64,000 bases of DNA from Vicugna vicugna (taxonomy: Eukaryota): assembly GCA_013265495.1 (NCBI GenBank), contig MU058241.1, positions 807,249 through 871,248 of the forward strand, read 5' to 3'. Shown piece after piece: positions 24,431 to 37,229 of this stretch (the stretch's first letter is position 1; every line of letters begins with the position of its first letter). Both the position numbers and the translations under genes were made by a program. The notes below the pieces were generated by a model. The model worked only from the letters and a program-made list of their open reading frames with translations. It did not search any database and was not told the origin of the DNA.

Positions 24431-25174
24431 AGTGAGAATTATCAGTCGAGTGCCCCGGATATGTATGAGGAGGAGGATGGTGGCAATTCAGTCCCAAGAG
24501 AGACAACATTACATTTTGGGGTGATGGAAATCTGCTCCACCTCATTATGGTGGTGGTTACTTGAATTTTATCTGTTAAACCTGAAAACACATGCATCTCA
24601 CTGGACATGATGCAACCACAACGAAGATAATTCTAATATATGAAATTGATTTGGAAAACTCACCAAACAATCTACTTAGGGACAAATACACATGCAGTAA
24701 ATTTCTGCTAAAAAGATAATACAAAGCACAAAAATTCAATCTTGTGGCTGTGACTGGGAAGAGATAAAGATGCTATGGTACAAGAGGATACAGAGGTCAA
24801 CGTAGCTTCACAGCATTTGGACAGTCTGCAGGGGTTAGTTTTATTCAAATTTTATACATCTACAACACATATGTTGTCCGTATACATAAACACTGCATAA
24901 TAAATTCTAGTTTTAAAAATGAGCTCTTCATGTTTGGTTAGAACATTACAAGGGCATTCCAAGTAATTATCTTTAGCCCCACTTCTCTGCAATGCGGGAT
25001 CCACCGTGGTGAGCAGTAATGTTAGGGTCTTGTCTGACGCAGCAAGATTGTCCACAAAATCAGCTGCAAGACTCTGGGGACATACTAAGACGTTTTCAAT
25101 GGGAGTCGTATAATTTTACTTGGAAGGGTGGCATATAATCTGACTGGTGTCTGTAAAGATCACTGGGGACGTGG

Positions 25175-25642
25175 AGGACACTGAGATGATGCACGTCGCT
25201 AAGTGAAAGAAGCCCGTCTGAGAAGGCTGCGCACTGTGTGATACCAACTACAAGACATTTTGGAAAAGGCAAAACTACAGAGATGGTAAAAAGATCAGTG
25301 GTGGCCAGGGATAAATCGGTAAAGTACAGAGCATTTTTAGGGCAAACACCCTGTGTGATGTTACGATATTCTACTAAAGGATACATGTCAGCGTATCATT
25401 GTACATTTGTCGGTTCCCAGAGGATGTACACCACCAAGTGCAAACTCTAAGGTAAGCTATGGGCTTTGGGTGACTGTGATGTGCCCATGTAGGTTCATCC
25501 TTGCTTAAAAATAAAAAAAAGTACCATTTTGATGACTAGTGTTGAGAACAGGGGGAGAGGGTGTAGGGGTGGGACAGGTGGGAAATCCTTGTACCTCTCC
25601 CTCAGTTCTGTTTTAAACTGAAAGTCCCCTAAAAAATAGTCT
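25175..25642 (+). mobile_element. L1MC-type 3' end
   Basis: 'ctaagtgaaagaagcc..tctgagaaggct...gacattttggaaaaggcaaaactacagagatggtaaaaagatcagtgg...ctatgggctttgggtga...atgtaggttcatc'. Confidence 0.85.
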
Positions 25643-27329
25643 TTGGGTAAAACTCACCAGGGCCACTGTGCATCGATTAAGAGGAGTGGGAGCAAAGAAA
25701 CTGTTTGGGTGTCTACCGCAGCGTGCCCCTGCTCAGGGGGTGGTAGAGATGAAACTGGACAGAAGGAGAAGGCTGTGAAAGACACTCCAGAGTCCTTGTG
25801 GACAGAATTTTCTGATGCGAGGCTATAATTTCCCTCATCCCCTGTTAAGCTTCTGTACAATGCCTGGCTTTTCCTAGAACTTACTTGGCCAGCTTGCTGG
25901 GTCACTCTATGAATTCTTAACAGTCTTTTCTGTCTTATACTGATATGAGATTTAGAGGACAGGTTTGGCAGCTAAAAGGCAGAAATAACAACCAAACGCC
26001 AGCTGGTATCTCCTTCTGGACATTAATCTTGCATGAGTCCAAGCCAGGGCCGGGCAGCACACGGCATTCTGGGAAACACACACGGAGGGCTTCCTCGTAC
26101 ACTCCCCTCTGCAGGAGTGTGAGTGATGAGAGACGCCCATCACTCCAAAACCATTAATTCAGAACTGTCTCCACAGAGACCACAACGCCTGGCTCAACAG
26201 CACAAGAAGAGTATTAAAACCTGAACTTTGCATATCGTAAAAATCCATCTAGTTAAAAAAATACACCGTTTAAACATTCATGGGTTAAGAAGCAGCTTTA
26301 AATTAAGGGTTGTATTATTATGAGAAAAGAAAAAGACCAAGTCCACGGCCTGCGGTGACAGTGCCAGTTTTGCCCACACTCACTCACATGGCCAGGCGTC
26401 CCCAATCCTAGGTTTCAGAAGCTTGCGGACGGTCAGGCAAGCCTTGCACTCGAACATCCCGTTCCCCCGTTACAGTCCATTCTCTCTGGCCTTGGCTTAG
26501 TGACCTCTGTTCAAGGAATTTTAGAGTGGAACTTTTTAAGGAAGTTAGTCTGTGAGGACCTTCCTGTTTTGTTGTTTCGTTACAAGAGCATTTCAGTTTC
26601 AGGCCAAGGCACTGAGCCCGGGGAAGGAACAGTGAGAACACAGATGTCTATGGATAAGCCAAGGTCAAAGTTACTGCAGACTGCCCCTCACACTGCTAGT
26701 GAAGAAAAGGCAGGTGTGTAACCTGAAATCAATTCAACGTTGTCCCGTCCTTCTAAGTACCTGGGTTTCATGGTCAGGGTTACTAGTCACAGAGCCTCCT
26801 GAGAATGTGAACGCAGCCAAGGCAATAGTAAGTTATCAAAGTTAGTGGGGAAGAATGTTAACTGACTGTGGTTTGGTGAAAATAATGGAAAGGCACAATC
26901 CTGTTTGGATTTCGTCATCACCAATTTTAATGCCGCATGGGAGGATGGCAGGGACTGTACAATCTAACCTCAGCACGTGACTACAAGCAAATGAAGCCCC
27001 AAAGCCCACCAGCGAAGGACAAAAGAGCAATTTTCTACACTCCTGTTTGTCTTTAACACGTGGATGGCTGACTGAAACACCGCACAGTAGAGGCAAACAT
27101 TTCTCAAAATACAAATGTTCTGGGGAGCGTCAGGAGGGACCAGGAGAAGGCTGAAGGTGCGTCTCCATCCCTGTCTCACGTCATTAGCAAGCAAGGATGC
27201 AGCGCGCCTGACTTGTGAGATCTGTTAGGAGCTCTGCAGTTTGTCACCGAAACTTGTGCTCCCAGCAGAAAGGATGCTCCAGATGTCATGCAATCAAATC
27301 CTCTCAGTACCATTCGGAATGATCTACTC

Positions 27330-28910
27330 CATTGTTTAAAAATCGAGGCATAAGTTAACTTACTGTGAACCGCACAGCTCTTACGTGTACAGCTCTTCAG
27401 CCTTTACCTGTGTGCATGCCTGCACAAACATTACCTGGGTTACAATGCAGAGCATTCTCTTCACCTCAACAAATGTCCTTCTCCTGACATCCTGAGCGCA
27501 CCGAAGATCACCTCTGTTTTCACTGCTATCGCTATGGGTTAGTTCAGACTGGTTTTAAATTTTGTACAAATGTTTCCAAAGTATAGCAACCCACGTATAG
27601 ACTGATGTCTAGAAATACCCCTACCTGTGAACATCTGTCTTTCTATTAAGCTCCATGTGAGTTTCGGCTGATGTCTGCACCTCCAACACAGTGATCCACA
27701 TAGCCTCCTCCCGGGCAGCCTGCAAGCTTCCACCCCAACAGGGAGAAGTCTGGCTCCGCCCCATCCACTAGGCTCCAGCCCAGTCCACGGGCCCAGCCCT
27801 GCCACGACACGTGACGCGCATCCACACGGGGAGAGGCGGAACTTTATCGCTAGTGCTCACGCACTTTCATTGGCCCCTCATCGTAGTCTCCACTCATTCC
27901 AGCATCACTCAGGGCATCACAGTCCCCCCCGCCACCACGGTCAGTTCTTTCACACGCAGTCCTTGGAGTACACTTCCACTGTCTTGCCTCGGTTGGCATT
28001 CTCTCCTGAACCGTCTAACTTCCTCTGTAACTTGAAAAGAACCGTATATATTCAAGCTCACTTGTGCTTTCGAGTTCTGTGCGTTTCATCAAATGCCTAG
28101 TGTCACGTGTCTACCGTGAACTACAGCGCCAGCCGGGTTTCAGCGTGGACCATTTCACACTCCCACCAGCACTGCAGGGAAGCTCCCGTCACTCCACATC
28201 TTCTCCAGCAACTGCTGGTGGTTTTTTGGTTTGTCTGTTGTTTTCTGTTTGATTTTTGCTATTCTAACGGTATGGATACAACTCGTAATTTTAACTTTTA
28301 ATTCCCTTTAAAAAAAAAAAAGAGGTTTAACACCCTCTTTAATTCTTATCTGGCACATCTTTTTTGGTGACGGGTCTGCTCCTTTCTTTTTTTTCTTCCC
28401 AATTTTTAATTGCATTGTTTGTGTGGTTACTGTTAAGAGTTCTCTGCATATTTTGGACACAAGTCTCTTATCAGCTATGTGTTTTGCAAACATTTCCTTC
28501 CAGTCTCTACCTTGTATTTTCATTCTGTAATAGTGTAATTTCTGATTTTAATGAAGGCTCACTTAATTTTTTTCCTTCGCAAGTCACCCTTTTTGAGGCA
28601 TACCTAAAAAACTCACTGCCAAACCCGAGGTCACCTAGATTTTCTCCGATGTTATTTTCTGAACTTCTACAGTTTTACATCTTACATTTAGGTCTAATGC
28701 TCCATTTTGAGATGGTTTTGAAAGGCATCACTTCTTTGAAAGTGTGAGGCTAAGTGCCTTTTTTTTTTTTTTGGTATAATGATGTCCAATTGTTCCATTA
28801 CCTAAAGATTACACATTTTCCACTGAGTTGCCTTTGCTTCCTTATCAAACATCAATGGACTCCATTTGTGTGGTTCTGTTTCTCAACTCTCTCTTCAGTC
28901 CCTTTGGTCT
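27330..28910 (-). mobile_element. Composite of old L1M fragments (3' UTR and ORF2 end)
   Basis: 'accatttcacactcccaccagcactg', 'tattttggacacaagtctcttatcagctatgtgttttgcaaacattt', 'ccaaacccgaggtcacctagattttctcc', 'ttacatttaggtct'. Confidence 0.75.
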
Positions 28911-29354
28911 GTCCGTCTCACTTGGTCCTTTGCTCCGTCCATCTCTGGGCTAAGTAATGAGCACACGGAGGTCAAGCCACAGGCACACACCCTCAGTACG
29001 TGTCCACCACTCAGCTCGCTGGGCTGTGTGTCTGTGTTTGCACACAGCCAGCCTGACCTCAGAAACTAGCGGGTCCAGCAATTAAACAACGACATTAACA
29101 CTGCTAATGAGCATCTTTACTCACTGCTGCCTCCTGTGTTCTTTCACTCATCATGGGAATAACAAAACCCTATGGGAGGACAGTGAGTGGATGTGACCCA
29201 AGTCGCCCCGAAAATTCCCTCAGTGGAAGCCAAAAGGAAGCTAGCCATCTTTCAAAGCTGATGGCAGAAATTTCATTTCTTGCCTTTGCCAAAAGTTTCC
29301 CAATATCACCATCTCATCTCACTTTAGATACAGACTTGCTTTTCTCTAAAACCG

Positions 29355-29643
29355 AGCTGCAGAAGGCCACCTGCTGTATGATCCCACTGACATGAAATGT
29401 GTAGAACACACAAACATGCAGAGTCATGTAGAGTAGTGGCTGCCTGGTGGCGGGGGGTGGGGTGGGGACTAGGGCTGTGGGGGTAACAGCACAAAGGTAC
29501 AGGTTTCCTTTTTAAGAACATGAAAATGTCTTGGGATTAGTGGTGATGGTTGCACAACTTTAAGAAAAGACTAGGAAACATTGCACTGTAGACTTTAAAA
29601 GGGTGACTGATAGTGTGTGCAATGTATCTCAATTAAAAAAAAA
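29355..29643 (+). mobile_element. L1MB-type 3' end with A tail
   Basis: 'ggtacaggtttcctttt...gaaaatgt...tagtggtgatggttgcacaact...actttaaaagggtga...tatctcaattaaaaaaaaa'. Confidence 0.85.
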
Positions 29644-32600
29644 TCAGCAAGATATTTACTCTTTAAAAAAAAAACTTCTTAAATCAGCCTAAACTCCAAG
29701 AGTTAAAAAAAAATACTAAATTGCCCAGTAAATGGGAGTCATAATAGCCTTTTTTCTTTGCGGTGAAAACAAGGCAGTACTGCAGAAAGAGAAAGACAGG
29801 AAGACAGAGATGGCCGGTATTTATTTCACTTAGTCCTGCTAGGCCTTTCTTCCATTCACCAGCTTTCTTGTTCATTACAAGCTTCCCATCACACGGCCAC
29901 CTTGTATCTTTAATCTAGAAAAGTGAGGTCTACAGTGTAACTGGTGACTCCCGGGAGGTTTCCTGAAGCTGCAAAACCGTGCAGACAAAACCACGCTGCG
30001 AACCTCCTCACATCGAGCCCATTACAACAGTCCCCGTCACCGTGACCCTGGGAGGCCAAACGCCGTGGAGTCTGGCACTCCCATCCTCCTCGGGTCCTGC
30101 CTTTCTGCTTCTGCTGCAGAGACAACGAAGAGAAATGAAAATCTCTGAGTGCAAGACATCTGTACGCCCTTCTGATTTTTCCTTTGGTCTGGACTCACAC
30201 ATTGTGCAAAACAGAATGCTCCGTTCTGCAGGAAGCAATCTTTTTCACTAGCTCAAGTTAAAGAAACTTTCTCTTTATCAGCTGACTTTTTTTTTTTTTT
30301 AATCTGCTTAAACTAGTGTTGCCGTGGAACCTGCGGAAACCAAGTGTTGGGTTGTGAATCCTGGTGATGAGTGGAATCGCACATGGGTTCTATTTGAAAC
30401 AGATTTTCAACAGGAACACTGATACTGGAAAATGTGTCATTAACACTTTATAATGGTTGATATTAAATGTCAGTTTAATATAATTAACTCTGCTGACAAA
30501 GTTTTGTGCCAGAAGAGTGCACTGAAGATCATAATAAATGACGTTTTAAAAGATGCCACAACTGTCGTAATGCTTCGCTATTATGTATAATCCCCCAGAT
30601 TACACACTGATGAACACACGTGCTAGACAGGACATATTCGAAGTCCTGCATTTCCTATGTGCAAAAATACAAGACCTGACCCCCTGTGATGGAACGACCT
30701 ACCTAGTATGTAGACTCAGACCGTGTGAAAGAAACCAAGCTGCAGCCCGAGCAGAAGGCGGCCCACGAGGCAATCTGATGGCTGCGGTGCAGGAGCTCTG
30801 TCCTGGGAGCCACAGCAGTGCCCCAAAACCCGAGTCAAATACCCCCACCCAGATATGTCTAATTTGCAATGTCCCATTCTTTTTACCAGAATTGAAAGAG
30901 ACTCTATGATATTCTGCTCTGCTCTAGTCTGAGTACAGTCAATGGAGAAACAGAGCCTTTCATGTGTTTGTAATGAGCCAGGCATCAGGAAGGCAGCACA
31001 AAAGTATTTCCAACAATGTGAAAAAAAGACAGTGATTTACGTGAGTAAATACATATTCGAAATGTACACTGCATGTCTGGTAAAAAAAAAAAAAAGCAAA
31101 CAAAAAAAACCCTTTAAGATATTTATCCAATACAGCAATGGCAAAAGAACCACTGAAAGAAATTTCAGTGTCTGTTTCGCCAGACCTTTTCTGTGTTTTC
31201 ACATGTAGTTTCTCTGCCTGGAAAAACAAGAGGTATTAGAAAGAGCGGCTTCACAAAGTTTGACTTTGTGGCCAAAAAATCGACAAATTAGCATAATGTT
31301 GTCTAAAGAGCAATGTGATTTATTTCCGTATTATAGCATTGGTGCATTTCACCTTCAGCAGGGTTAAGTTTTAAAATCTTCACTGGGACTTTTATGTAAA
31401 AGTAATGCCCCTTCCTATTAGTTAAATTGCCTCGTATACATATTTTATCCTGGTGGGATATGACCTATCTGCTTGATGGCAGAAACAAAGTATCCGAGTA
31501 TGTAAAGCTGAGTAGCTTTCACCTGCTGAGAAGGATATTGTTAGTGTTGAGAATCTGGTATCATGTGGAGTCTGCAAGTCTTCTACCTTAGAGATAATAA
31601 AATTCAGTAGGAGAGTTTCAATTATTCACCTAAGAAGCAAATAAAGCAAGCAGTTAAACTTTTGCATCCTTGCAATACTGAGACTTAGTCCTGTGTTGAA
31701 TTCTTTCTGCCACCTCCCCCCAAATGGATATAACCTCTTACTGTCTTAAGCAAATGAGATTTTCTCTAATGTAATTTTTATGATGAGCCACTTGTAATTG
31801 GCTGTAATTTGCCATAGAGGGAGTGAGAAACACAGGTTGCAGTCATGAATTAGCATCAACAGAAAGTTCGGTCAAGTAGGGGAAAAGACAGCACAGGCTA
31901 CACGTGCCAAAGGCTAGCAAAAACTAACACACCTGGGAGAATGTGGGTAAAACCTGAAAGACACGCAGGTATTCACCATCCTTGCTTCAAGTGGTCGGGG
32001 TGTGCATATTTGCCAGGAAACCAGGTCTGGTGAAAACCACGATTTCAAATATTACGGTTGTGTCTACAGGACCATGAAAGCTCTTCCAGTGGCCACAACA
32101 TAATCGGTGCCAAAAACTAGCCTGCCTGACTTCAAAGGTCCATGAGAATTTTGCCATGTGTTTGAAGTCCAGACAACAACGGGTATATTCATTTCTACAA
32201 AGTAGTCACTTAAGGGAAAAAGTGACTTTTTCATCTTGCTGCCATCCAGGAACTTCAAAATACTCAAATGCACAGCGAAAAATATCAGGACCCCACAGAA
32301 GTGGATTAGGACGTTTATGCTGTGTTTATGCGGGTTCCAGCGAATGAACTACTTCTGTACCAAGTCGTTTCCAGTGAGGGGATGATGGCATTATTATGAG
32401 GCATTTAGGCGATACTGTGGTTGGAAACCTACAGATTTTTCACTTGATTGTTTCTCCTGATGAAACATTATTTTGCTACAGATGTGTCTTTCAACATCTT
32501 TCCCAGCCTCATAAACAGAAAGGATACAAAACAGAATATCTAGTTTAAGAAGCAATGTTCTGTAATGTTTATAAAACAGAAGCAAAAGATGCAGATAGAT

Positions 32601-34129
32601 TGAATTAGTAAATAATGAAATTTCATGTGTAGAGTCCATGTAAGAATAAAGCTGCCAAACGGAGATATGTGTGTGTATGTGTGTGTATGTATCTTGGGAT
32701 GTAAAAAACTAAAAAATATGTATGTGTATATAATTTTTTCTTCGATCAAAAAGCTAGCTTCTCTTTGCCTCATCTGCCTGCAGTCACCAATGTTTAAAAT
32801 GTAAAGTAGGAAATTGATACGTTGACAACTGATCTGAAAATGTGTCCCCATTATAGGGAATCAAGCTCCCCTCTGATACAGAACATGGAAACATGAAAAA
32901 AGAGTCATACTGTAAACTTGTTTTGGTCACATAGACCTACCATGTCCAATGAGGGAGAGGACAACACAGGAGTGTGAGCATCTTAAAGACGGCCTACCAC
33001 AGTTTTTAACTACATCTTACAGACCATTCTTCATAACTTAAAAACTCATTCATTTCAGAAGTGTCCAAATTTACGTTTTCCCTTGGGATAAAGAACTAAA
33101 GTTTCTGGATAAAATAAGACATGGTTTTTAAGGCTTGTGGAAAAAAATATGTTTTAGGCTCAACTGAGAGTTCAAAATAGTTTTGAAATATGTTTGGTTC
33201 AGCCAACTCTGAGATGGACTGTGCCAAAGTCAAAATTCCTTTCACTTCAAACTCTAGAGAATTTTCAGGAAATTTAAATCGTATGGCTATTGTTCATGCC
33301 TTTGCTCAACTCATCAAATATTTTCTTTTATAAGCTACTTGATGTCCAAAAATGGTTCATGTCTGACTTCTTACAGACAGAAGGCCACGTGTGCCAGGAA
33401 TCTATCAAATTGTGCACCCAACATTTTGGGCTTACTTTAGATTTTCTACCTGCTTGGAACATTTGGTGTTGGCCCTCTATTTTTTCTTTACTATTCTGCT
33501 TCTCCTCAAAGCTCTTTCTATACATCTAGACGTCTCGTTGTGTTATCTGTAACTCAAGTCAAACACCCAAGCAAATAAAGACGCAAGCAGAATACCCAAG
33601 TCAATCCAAAAACATAAATTCCTGTAAAACTGCAATGGCAGGAATAAGGGAACCCAACACACCCAGTACCTTTCAGACCCGCTCTGAGGGATCTCTGCAC
33701 ATGTCACTTTCCTTGACTTAAGGACCCAGATGTGGGATGACGCTTCCATCATACATTTGCATCTAATGAGGAATTTTTACTTAAAACCAGGAAGTCATAA
33801 TACCACCCAACCCTTCTCAGCCCTCTGTAATTTTTAACTGCTTATACAGCATTTGATTCTTGCCCTTACTGTGAGAAGCACAGGAATTCCATTAAGAGGC
33901 CACTGTGATCCACAAAGGAGGACCACAGACCTAAGAGGAACATGCCCCCGTCTGTGGACTTGGAGCTCCAGGAAGCCGAGACAAGGATCCAAGGCGTCAC
34001 ACTCAAGTTGCCACCAGCAAAGCTGTCCTTACTAGGGGAACCTGGAACTAGACCTGCATTTAAACCACAAGTTGGCTACTGTGAACTTAGGAACGTGAAC
34101 AAACATCTTAGAACACTGTTTTCTAGAAC

Positions 34130-34375
34130 CATAATAACAGTAGTAGCAAACACTTCTTCAGCACTTAACACATGCCACGACCTGTCCCACTGAGCTTTCA
34201 TTTCATGGGTTTAATTCTCACAACAACCCCACATGTGGATGTACTGTTATTAGCCCCATTTTGAAAATGAGAAAACTGAGGCACAGAGAGGTTAAGAAAC
34301 TTGTCTGAGGTTACACAGCAAATGAGATGTGAAGACATCTTGCCCCAGAGTTTGTGCTCCTAACTAGTGCACCGA
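34130..34375 (-). mobile_element. MIR SINE, near full length
   Basis: Core 'tttaattctcacaacaaccc...ttattagccccattttgaaaatgagaaaactgaggcacagagaggttaagaaacttgtctgaggttacacagc'. Confidence 0.9.
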
Positions 34376-34666
34376 TGTCTCCTCCTTTTAGTCCAAGATA
34401 GACTTGCTGGAGGCCAAAAACAGGTAATAAATTTTGAGAGTTAAGGTAAGTATGTGGACTTATTCTTCCTTCCTTAAAAGTAAAGCAATCAAATGTGAGT
34501 GCTTTGACATAATTACATCTATACCCACATGTACACAGCTACCTATGCCTGCATCTCTTCTTCCATTAAAACAGCATCACACGTACCAGAATTCTCTGTA
34601 AATGTAACTGTCTAATATCCTGTTACTTTCTATAACATGAATTCGGAATGGTTTGTGAACGTGGTC

Positions 34667-34826
34667 TTTTTTTTTTTTAAGTTTTTTTGCTTGTTTGTTT
34701 TGGCGGGGGTTGGGGTGGTAATTAGGTTTATCTGTTTATTTATAGTGGAGGTACTAGGGGTGGAACCCTGGACCTTGTGCATGCTAAGCAGGCACTCTGC
34801 CACCACTGAGCTACACCCTCCCCCTC
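34667..34826 (-). mobile_element. Camelid vic-1-type tRNA-derived SINE
   Basis: Minus strand reads GGGGAGGGTGTAGCTCAGTGGTGGCAGAGTGCCTGCTTAGCATGCACAAGGTCCAGGGTTCCACCCCTAGTACCTCC...AAACCTAATTACC, with Pol III A/B-box-like motifs and an A-rich tail. Confidence 0.85.
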
Positions 34827-35337
34827 TTAAGTGGTCATTTCTTAAGGAAGGACTCAAACTGCCAACGCAAACAAATAAAGAAGCCCTTACAATGCAAGAA
34901 AAATAAAAAAGCAGACAAGTCACCACATTTGAAACACTGGAAGTGGAAACACCCTTTGCCTCTGCAAAGCCCTGTCTGTAACAGCCGTCAGGAAGGTACC
35001 AGAATTCCAATCCCCTCCCTAGCATGCATTTGTTTCTCCCCCACCATAGTAAACAGAAACCAAATACGCAATTTATAATTAACTAATTGCATTTGCTTCT
35101 CAAGATATAGAGGGACTCATTACCAAACTGCTCGATGCAAATTTGAAGTAAAAGAACACTTTTCTTGTTTTGGGACTAATTGTACGTATCACACTGCATG
35201 TCAAAGGCTTGATATTTTCAACAAAAGTTTTTTTTTTCCCCCAAGAGTCAGAATTTTGCCACTCATTTCCTCCTTCTTACCAAGCAGAGGACTTCAGTTG
35301 TATCCATTCCTCCATCCCCATCTCTTTGGCTCACTCC

Positions 35338-37229
35338 TTTTTTTCCCCAGCCGTAACACACACTATTACACTAGTTTCAGGTGTACTGTATAGTGACCTG
35401 ACATTCACAACACAATATGAAATGATCACCACAACACGTCTAGTAACCACCTGCCCCCGTGAAAAGTTTTTTATAATATTTTGATGATATTCTTTATGCT
35501 GTACATTACATCCCCTGGCTTATATAATTGGACGTATGTACCTCTTAATTCCCTTCGCCTATTTCATCCACCCCTTCCATCTCCTCCCCTCTGGCAACCA
35601 CTCATTTGTTCTCTGTACCCATAGGTCTGTTCTTATTTTGTTTTCTTTGTTTTTCAGGTTCTACATATATAAATGAGATCATGGGGTATTTGTCTGTCTC
35701 TGACTTATTTCACTTTGCATTGTACCCTCTAGATCCATCCATGTTGTCATAAAAATGCACCATTTCATGAAGTTGCAGTATACAAAATTAATATACAGAA
35801 ACCTGTTGTTTCTCTACACAGTAACAATGAACTATCAGAAAGAGAAATTAAGAAAACAGTCCCATTTACAATTGCATCAAAAGAATAAAACACGCAGGAA
35901 TAAATCTAACCAAGGAGGTACAGGAATTGTACTTCAGAAGTTGTAAGACACTGATGAAAGAAATTGAAGATAACACAAACAAATGGAAAGATATACCATG
36001 CTCACGGAGCGGAAAAATTAGTATGGTTAAAAGGAACTTACTGCCCAAGGCAACCTACAGATTCAATGCACTCCCTACCAAAATACCAATGGTATATTTC
36101 ACAGAACTAGGGCAAATAATGCTAAGATTTCCACAAAACCACAAAAGATCCCAAATAGCCAAAAAAAAATCTTGAGAAAGAACAGAGCTGGAAGTATCAT
36201 GGGCCCTGATTTCAAACTATATTACAAAGCCACAGTCATCAAAACAATATGGTATTGGAACAAAAACAGACACATAGATCAATGGAATAGAATAAACAGC
36301 CCAGAAGTAAACCCACACTTACATGGTCAACTAATCAGGACAAAGGAGGCAAGAATTTACCACAGAGAAAAGACAGCCTTTTCAATAAAAGGTGTTGAGA
36401 AAACTAGACAGTTACACGCAAAAGAATAAAACTAGACTATTTTTTCACACCATATACAAAAATAAACTCAAAATGAATTAAAGACTTAAATGTAAGGCCT
36501 GAAACCACAAAACTACTGGAAGAAAACACATTATGCATTATTTTTTTAGGTATGTTTCCTCAGGCCAGGGAAACAAAAGCAAAAATAAACAAATGGGACT
36601 ACATCAAACTAAAAGGCTTTTGCATAGTGAAGGAAACTATCAACAAAACAAAAAGGCAGCCTACTAAATGGGAGACGTTACTTGCAAATGACCTATCCAA
36701 TAACGGCTTAATGTCCAAAATATACAAAGAACTCATACAATTCAACATCAAAAAACTGCAAACAACCTGATTTTTAAAATGAGCAGAGGACCTAAACAGA
36801 CATTTTTCCAAAGAAGGCATATAAACGGCCAACAGCTATATGAAAAGGTGCTCAACATCACTAATAACCAGGGAAATGCAAATCAAAACCACAATGAGAT
36901 ATCACCTCACCCCTCAGCATCACTATATTCAAAAAGATAACAAATAAGTGTTGGCTAGAATATGGAGCAAAGGGAACCCTTGTGCACTGGTGGTGGGAAT
37001 GTAAACTCATGTAGCCACATGGAAAATAGTACAGAAGCTCCTCAAAAACATCAAAAGTAGAAATGCCCTATGATTCAGCAATATTAACTTCTGGGTATCT
37101 ACCTGAAGGAAACTGAAACACTGATTCTAAAAGAGACATGCACCCCCTTGTCCATAACAGCACTATTTCCAACAGCCAAGTCATGGAAGCAACCTAAATG
37201 TCCACTGACAGAAGAACGGATAAAGCAAA
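35338..37229 (-). mobile_element. 5'-inverted L1 insertion: 3' end on minus strand (35338-35752) joined to an inverted ORF2 segment (35760-37229)
   Basis: Plus-strand ORF2 remnants ([52 protein letters not shown]) abut a reverse-oriented L1 3' UTR that ends in poly-T. Confidence 0.85.

Noticed and set aside
32848..33355. Two CArG boxes (CCATTATAGG at 32848, CCAAAAATGG at 33346)
   Set aside because: Several such 10-mers are expected by chance in 64 kb; unsupported without conservation data.
34750..34826. tRNA-like sequence
   Set aside because: It is the head of a SINE, followed by SINE body and tail; not a tRNA gene.
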